Origin: Nitrospirota bacterium
Lineage (GTDB): Bacteria; Nitrospirota; Thermodesulfovibrionia; Thermodesulfovibrionales; JdFR-86
Length of the DNA: 64,000 nt
Reading direction: 5' to 3'
Assembly (NCBI GenBank): GCA_963721805.1
Contig: CAVRJY010000004.1
Location: forward strand, 32,001 to 96,000
A program made the position numbers and the translations under genes. The notes beneath the pieces were generated by a model that ran no database searches, was not told the origin of the DNA, and saw only the letters and a program-made list of their open reading frames with translations. Position 1 is the first letter of the stretch. Every line of letters begins with the position of its first letter. Shown in pieces: positions 59,713 through 64,000 of this stretch.

Positions 59713-61061
59713 GCGCGCGCATCCTCATAGTGGAGGACGAGGAGGGGCTCAGGGAGGTCCTGAGCATCCTGCTTGAGGGCGAGGGCCATACGATACTGAC
59801 AGCGGCCAACGGGACCGAGGGCCTCGCGCTTTTGGACCGCGACATCTTCGACCTCATCATAACGGACATAAAGATGCCCGGAGCGAGCGGCTATGACATC
59901 CTCAAGCGCGCCAGAGAGATCGCGCCCGAGACGCTGGTGATCATGGTCACAGCGTTCGGCACGCTCGAGGACGCGATAGACGCGATGAAACAGGGCGCGT
60001 TTGACTATATCCAGAAGCCGTTTAAGATCGACGAGATCCGCGTCATCGTCCGTAACGCGATAGACCGCCGGAGGCTCAGCACCGAGGTCTCGCTCCTGCG
60101 CGAGCAGGTGCGCACCACATACGAGCTATGCAATATCGTCGGCAAGAGCCCCGCGATGGTATCGCTCCTTCAGCTGATCCCGCGCGTGGCCAAAAGCGGC
60201 CTCAACGTCCTGATCACCGGCGAGAGCGGCACCGGCAAAGACCTGGTAGCCAACGCCCTCCATACGCTCAGCGACCGCTCTGCGGGCAACTTCGTGCCGG
60301 TCAACTGCGCGGCGTTCCCCGAGGGCCTGCTCGAGAGCGAGCTGTTCGGCCATGTCCGGGGGGCCTTCACCGGGGCGGTGCAGAACAAGCGCGGCCTGTT
60401 CGAGGTCGCCAACCACGGCACCCTGTTCCTGGACGAGATCGGCGAGATGCCGATCTCGCTTCAGTCGAAGCTCCTGCGAGCGATAGAAAACGGCACGTTC
60501 CGGCGCGTCGGGGATACCGCGGACATCACCGTCGACGCACGCATCATCGCGGCCACGAACCGCGACCTCAAGGAGGCCGTGGCCCAGGGGACATTCCGCG
60601 AGGACCTGTACTTCCGCCTAAACGGGGTGCCGATGCACATACCTCCGCTCAGGGAGCGCAAGGAGGACCTGCCCCTGCTGATCGGGCGGTTCATCGCGAA
60701 GTCCTCGAAGAGCGGCAGGCAGTTTTCGGGCAACGCGCTCCGCATATTGATGGAGCGGGAATGGAAGGGCAACGTCCGGGAGCTTGAGAACGCTATCGAG
60801 CGCATTCTGATGATGACCGACGACGAGATCATCACCGAGTCGCACCTCCCGCCGGAGATAACCGGCCGCGAGGCCCCCGTCGCGGCGCAGGCCCGGATCG
60901 TGGACGGGTTCTCTCTGGAGGACGCGCTGAGCGATTTGGAGCGTGGATACCTCATCGAGGCCCTCAGGCTCGCCGAGGGGAACAAAACCGAGGCCGCCAA
61001 GCTCCTGGGGCTGACTTTCCGCAGCATCCGCCACCGCCTCGTGAAGCACGGCATAAAATAG
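59709..61061 (+). CDS. pilR: sigma54-dependent response regulator PilR
   Basis: Receiver, GESGTGK, GAFTGA, Fis-type HTH. Confidence 0.87.
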   Translation: MSARILIVEDEEGLREVLSILLEGEGHTILTAANGTEGLALLDRDIFDLIITDIKMPGASGYDILKRAREIAPETLVIMVTAFGTLEDAIDAMKQGAFDYIQKPFKIDEIRVIVRNAIDRRRLSTEVSLLREQVRTTYELCNIVGKSPAMVSLLQLIPRVAKSGLNVLITGESGTGKDLVANALHTLSDRSAGNFVPVNCAAFPEGLLESELFGHVRGAFTGAVQNKRGLFEVANHGTLFLDEIGEMPISLQSKLLRAIENGTFRRVGDTADITVDARIIAATNRDLKEAVAQGTFREDLYFRLNGVPMHIPPLRERKEDLPLLIGRFIAKSSKSGRQFSGNALRILMEREWKGNVRELENAIERILMMTDDEIITESHLPPEITGREAPVAAQARIVDGFSLEDALSDLERGYLIEALRLAEGNKTEAAKLLGLTFRSIRHRLVKHGIK

Positions 61062-61134
61062 ACCTAAATTTCTCAATAAATTCAGCATGATTCTGCTATC
61101 CCGTCCCGAGGGAATATTTTTCTTCCCGGCCGAT

Positions 61135-61161
61135 TAAAGTTTTCCCTCGATCCTCCGATAA
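61135..61161 (+). promoter_or_regulatory. sigma28 (FliA) promoter
   Basis: TAAA(GTTT)-N15-TCCGATAA. Confidence 0.85.
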
Positions 61162-61181
61162 GATGTCTAAGAGCCGCAGGC

Positions 61182-61195
61182 CGACAAGGATGTCG
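61182..61195 (+). promoter_or_regulatory. Putative CsrA-binding hairpin in the flagellin leader
   Basis: cgaca-AGGA-tgtcg hairpin, plus a second AGGA in the RBS. Confidence 0.65.
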
Positions 61196-61224
61196 AGCCA
61201 ACCCAGTTCAAGGAGGAATCACAA

Positions 61225-62088
61225 ATGTCACTCGTAATCAACACAAACGTAGCATCCCTCGACGCACAGAGAAACTTGGCTCAGAACAGCGAAGCGCTGA
61301 ACGTTTCCGTACAGAGGCTCTCATCCGGTCTGCGCATCAACTCGGCGAAGGACGATGCGGCCGGGCTGGCCATATCCTCCAAGCTGACCTCACAGGTCCG
61401 CAGCATCGCCGTTGCGGTCAGGAACGCTCAGGACGGCACCAGCCTTGCCCAGACCGCTGAGGGCGGCCTCCAGCAGATCGGCGACATCCTTGCCCGTATG
61501 AGGGAGCTCGCGACCCAGTCGGCCAACGGCACCCTCGCCGCCGGAGACCGCACCGCCACGGACACCGAGTTCCAGCAGCTGAAGCAGGAAATCGACCGTA
61601 TCAGCAACGTCACGGAGTTCAACGGCACCAAGCTCCTCGACGGGACGCTGAGCGTTGGCACCGGCGTCGCGCTGCAGGTCGGGTTCCATGCGACCGCAAA
61701 CGACCAGATCAACATCAAGCTCGCTTCCGCGGCGTCCTCGCTCGGCCTCGGGATAGCAGCCAACGCAACGATCGACGATACGACCCCCGGCGACAAGACC
61801 GGCCAGACGAACGCCAAGAACATGCTCAACACCCTCGATACCGCCATCGGCAACGTCAGCACGATGCGCGGCGCGCTCGGCGCCATCCAGAACAGGCTCA
61901 CGAGCACGATATCGAACCTGAGCACGACGTCCGAGAACCTCAGCGCAGCCAACTCGCGCATACAGGATGCGGACTTCGCATCTGAGACCGCGACGTTCAC
62001 GAGAAACCAGATCCTGGTGCAGTCGGCCACGGCCATATTGGCCCAGGCCAACGCGCTTCCGCAGCAGGCCCTGCAGCTCCTGAAGTAA
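61225..62088 (+). CDS. fliC: Flagellin
   Basis: INTNVASL, QRLSSGLRINSAKDDAAGLAI, LGAIQNRL, SRIQDADFA. Confidence 0.97.
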   Translation: MSLVINTNVASLDAQRNLAQNSEALNVSVQRLSSGLRINSAKDDAAGLAISSKLTSQVRSIAVAVRNAQDGTSLAQTAEGGLQQIGDILARMRELATQSANGTLAAGDRTATDTEFQQLKQEIDRISNVTEFNGTKLLDGTLSVGTGVALQVGFHATANDQINIKLASAASSLGLGIAANATIDDTTPGDKTGQTNAKNMLNTLDTAIGNVSTMRGALGAIQNRLTSTISNLSTTSENLSAANSRIQDADFASETATFTRNQILVQSATAILAQANALPQQALQLLK

Positions 62089-62122
62089 TAAGGGTTTCCT
62101 TAAAGAAGTGTCTTTTCCAAAA

Positions 62123-62160
62123 CGGGGCGGGCCCATGGATGGGTCCGCCCCTCCCTTTTT
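62123..62160 (+). terminator. Rho-independent terminator after flagellin
   Basis: ggggcgggccca/tgggtccgcccc stem then a T-run. Confidence 0.8.
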
Positions 62161-62167
62161 CCTTGAT

Positions 62168-62341
62168 CCTGTCTCAAAAAATGCTTCTGGCTGCAAGAGG
62201 CTTAAATCGCGGGATACTGTGTCGTAAAGGGAAAATCGTTCCTCGATGTAGCGCTGCTACACCATCGTCCGATTTTCCCTCTCCTCCTTGTCTGCCGCGA
62301 TTTCTTCTCTCTTTCGCTTCAGAAGCATTTTTTGAGACAGG
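62168..62341. mobile_element. 174-bp fold-back element (MITE/REP-like) with 22-bp perfect terminal inverted repeats
   Basis: cctgtctcaaaaaatgcttctg (62168-62189) / cagaagcattttttgagacagg (62320-62341), plus nested internal inverted repeats. Confidence 0.7.
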
Positions 62342-62343
62342 CC

Positions 62344-63892
62344 CTATCGCTTTCGAGGCCTAAAAGCAAAGGCTATCAGCAAAATTCCGATAGTGATGCA
62401 GCCAAGCGGCACGAGGTCTCCGTGGCGGCTATAGAACGTCGAGGTCGTATCCGTGCGGAAACTCACCGTAAGCGCGGTGCGCTGCAGGAGCCGGGTCTCG
62501 GCCACTATGCGGCCGGAGGAGTCTATCAGCCCGGATATGCCGGTGTTCGCGGCCCTCACGACCGGCTTTCTGTTCTCTATCGCGCGCATCACTGCCATCG
62601 CCCAGTGCTGGTACGGCCCGGCCGTCGTGCCGAACCACGCGTCGTTCGTCACGTTGACGATAAAACCTCCCCGGCCGTCCCTGAAATATCCGCGCAGGAG
62701 TTCTGGGAATATGATCTCGTAGCATATGGCGGTGCCGAATTCCTCGCCGTCCGGAAGCCGGATGAGCCTCTGCCCGGTCCCGGCCTTGAAGTCCCCGATC
62801 CCGGCCGCGAGGCGGTCGACGAAAAACAATACGCTTCGCATCGGCACGTACTCTCCAAACGGGACGAGGTGGATCTTGTCGTACCTGCCGGTTATCTCGC
62901 CAGCAGCGCTGATCAGCACCGCGCTATTGGTGTTTTCGTAGCGCACGCCCGGCCTGCTCGAGGGCTCCAGGAGGTCCACCCCGCTGAAGATCGGCGTCCT
63001 TACCTCGCGCGCCAGATTAATAACTCTTCCGGTGAGGGCGTCGGTGCCGAAGAAAAACGGCATCGCGGATTCGGGCCATATGACCAGCGATGGCGAGCCC
63101 GCCTTGACGGCCTCACGCGTCAGGCCCTCGTATATCCTGACGCTCTCGTCCTTAAACTCCTCGTCCCACTTGAGGCCCTGGTCGATATCTCCCTGCACGA
63201 GCGAGACGGTCTCATCGCGGCCCGGCCGCGACTCGCCGAGCCTCATCTGGCCATAGGCGAGCACCGCGGCCAGCAATACCGCCATCGCTGCGCTCGAGGC
63301 GAGCAGGCCGCGTGACGGCCGCCTGCGGCCATTGGCCCACCAGTCAGCAAGCAAACCGCCCACCGCCGCGACGATGAAGCTCACCCCGTATATCCCGACG
63401 ATGTCCGCCACCTGGATAAAGTGAAGGAACCGGTACTGGCTGTATCCGAGCGATGACCACGGAAACCCCGTAAGCGCGTGGCCCCGGACGTATTCCAGCG
63501 CGGTCCACAACACGGGGGCCGCGACCACGTACGGCAGACCGCTGCCGGCGTGCCGCCCCTGAGAGCGCCGCGAACGCGCCTATGTAGAGCGCCTCGTACA
63601 TCGCCAGCAGGAGCACCGCCGCGAGGCTCATCACGAGCGGCATCGAGCCGTAGTAGTGCATCGAGTTGTATATCCAGTACTGGGTGCCGAAGAAATATAC
63701 CAGACCCGCGAGGAAGCCCGCAGCGAAGGCGTCGCGCAGGCCGAGCCCCCGGATGGCCGACAGCAGGGGCACTAGCGCGACAAACGCAAGCGGCCAGAGA
63801 CCGGGCTTCGGGAAACTCAGGACGAGCATCAGGCCGGAGAGCACCGAGGCCGGGCCGTACTCGTAGAGCCCGCGGGGGATCGCAAGTTTCAT
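62344..63892 (-). CDS. lnt: Apolipoprotein N-acyltransferase, frameshifted near 63560
   Basis: GFPWSSLGYSQ, WPESA, YDKIHLVPFGEYVP, ICYE, TNDAWFG, RAANTGIS; N-terminal TMs lie in another frame. Confidence 0.92.
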
Positions 63893-64000
63893 AGGGAATA
63901 TTATACACGCCTGCCGCAGGGGCCGGCGGCCCCTGCTCGCATTGCCATCATGGCGCATTGCTATATACTTAGTTACCGCGCGCGTGCGCGCGTATTTTTT

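Overview
64 kb of a GC-rich Gram-negative bacterial chromosome. The gene content suggests an anaerobe of Nitrospirota/Desulfobacterota type; this is inference only. Left to right: (1) the end of a tyrosine-integrase element at tRNA-Thr(CGT); (2) a DUF134-NifB/NifX-Cys-rich-DsrE-ABC permease operon and hsp20; (3) dxr-rseP-rfaE2-mfd, a LOG gene and tRNA-Leu(GAG); (4) a ~16 kb glycosylation island with five GT-C-type membrane transferases, a GT2, a UbiA-type phosphoribosyltransferase, a GT75/RGP-like protein and a GDP-fucose-synthase-like epimerase; (5) a ~17 kb minus-strand cluster, the best candidate for a new system; (6) a divergent gspE-N type II secretion operon, pilB-pilT-pilC-pilS-pilR, a sigma28 flagellin where pilA usually sits, a 174-bp fold-back element and lnt. 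The minus-strand cluster looks like a cytochrome-nanowire / extracellular electron transfer locus. It encodes two DUF1670-like proteins, an outer-membrane beta-barrel with a ~170-aa (Gly-Asn)n insert, a PPIase foldase, an NHL lipoprotein, two OmcE-like tetrahemes (one behind a consensus sigma54 promoter), an octaheme, an NHL/BACON/FG-GAP protein and a ~1960-aa, ~21-heme cytochrome with repeated non-heme beta-domains. Several single-base frameshifts (permease, mfd, one cytochrome start, beta-barrel, lnt) are probably sequencing errors. All family calls come from motifs read by eye; no searches were run.
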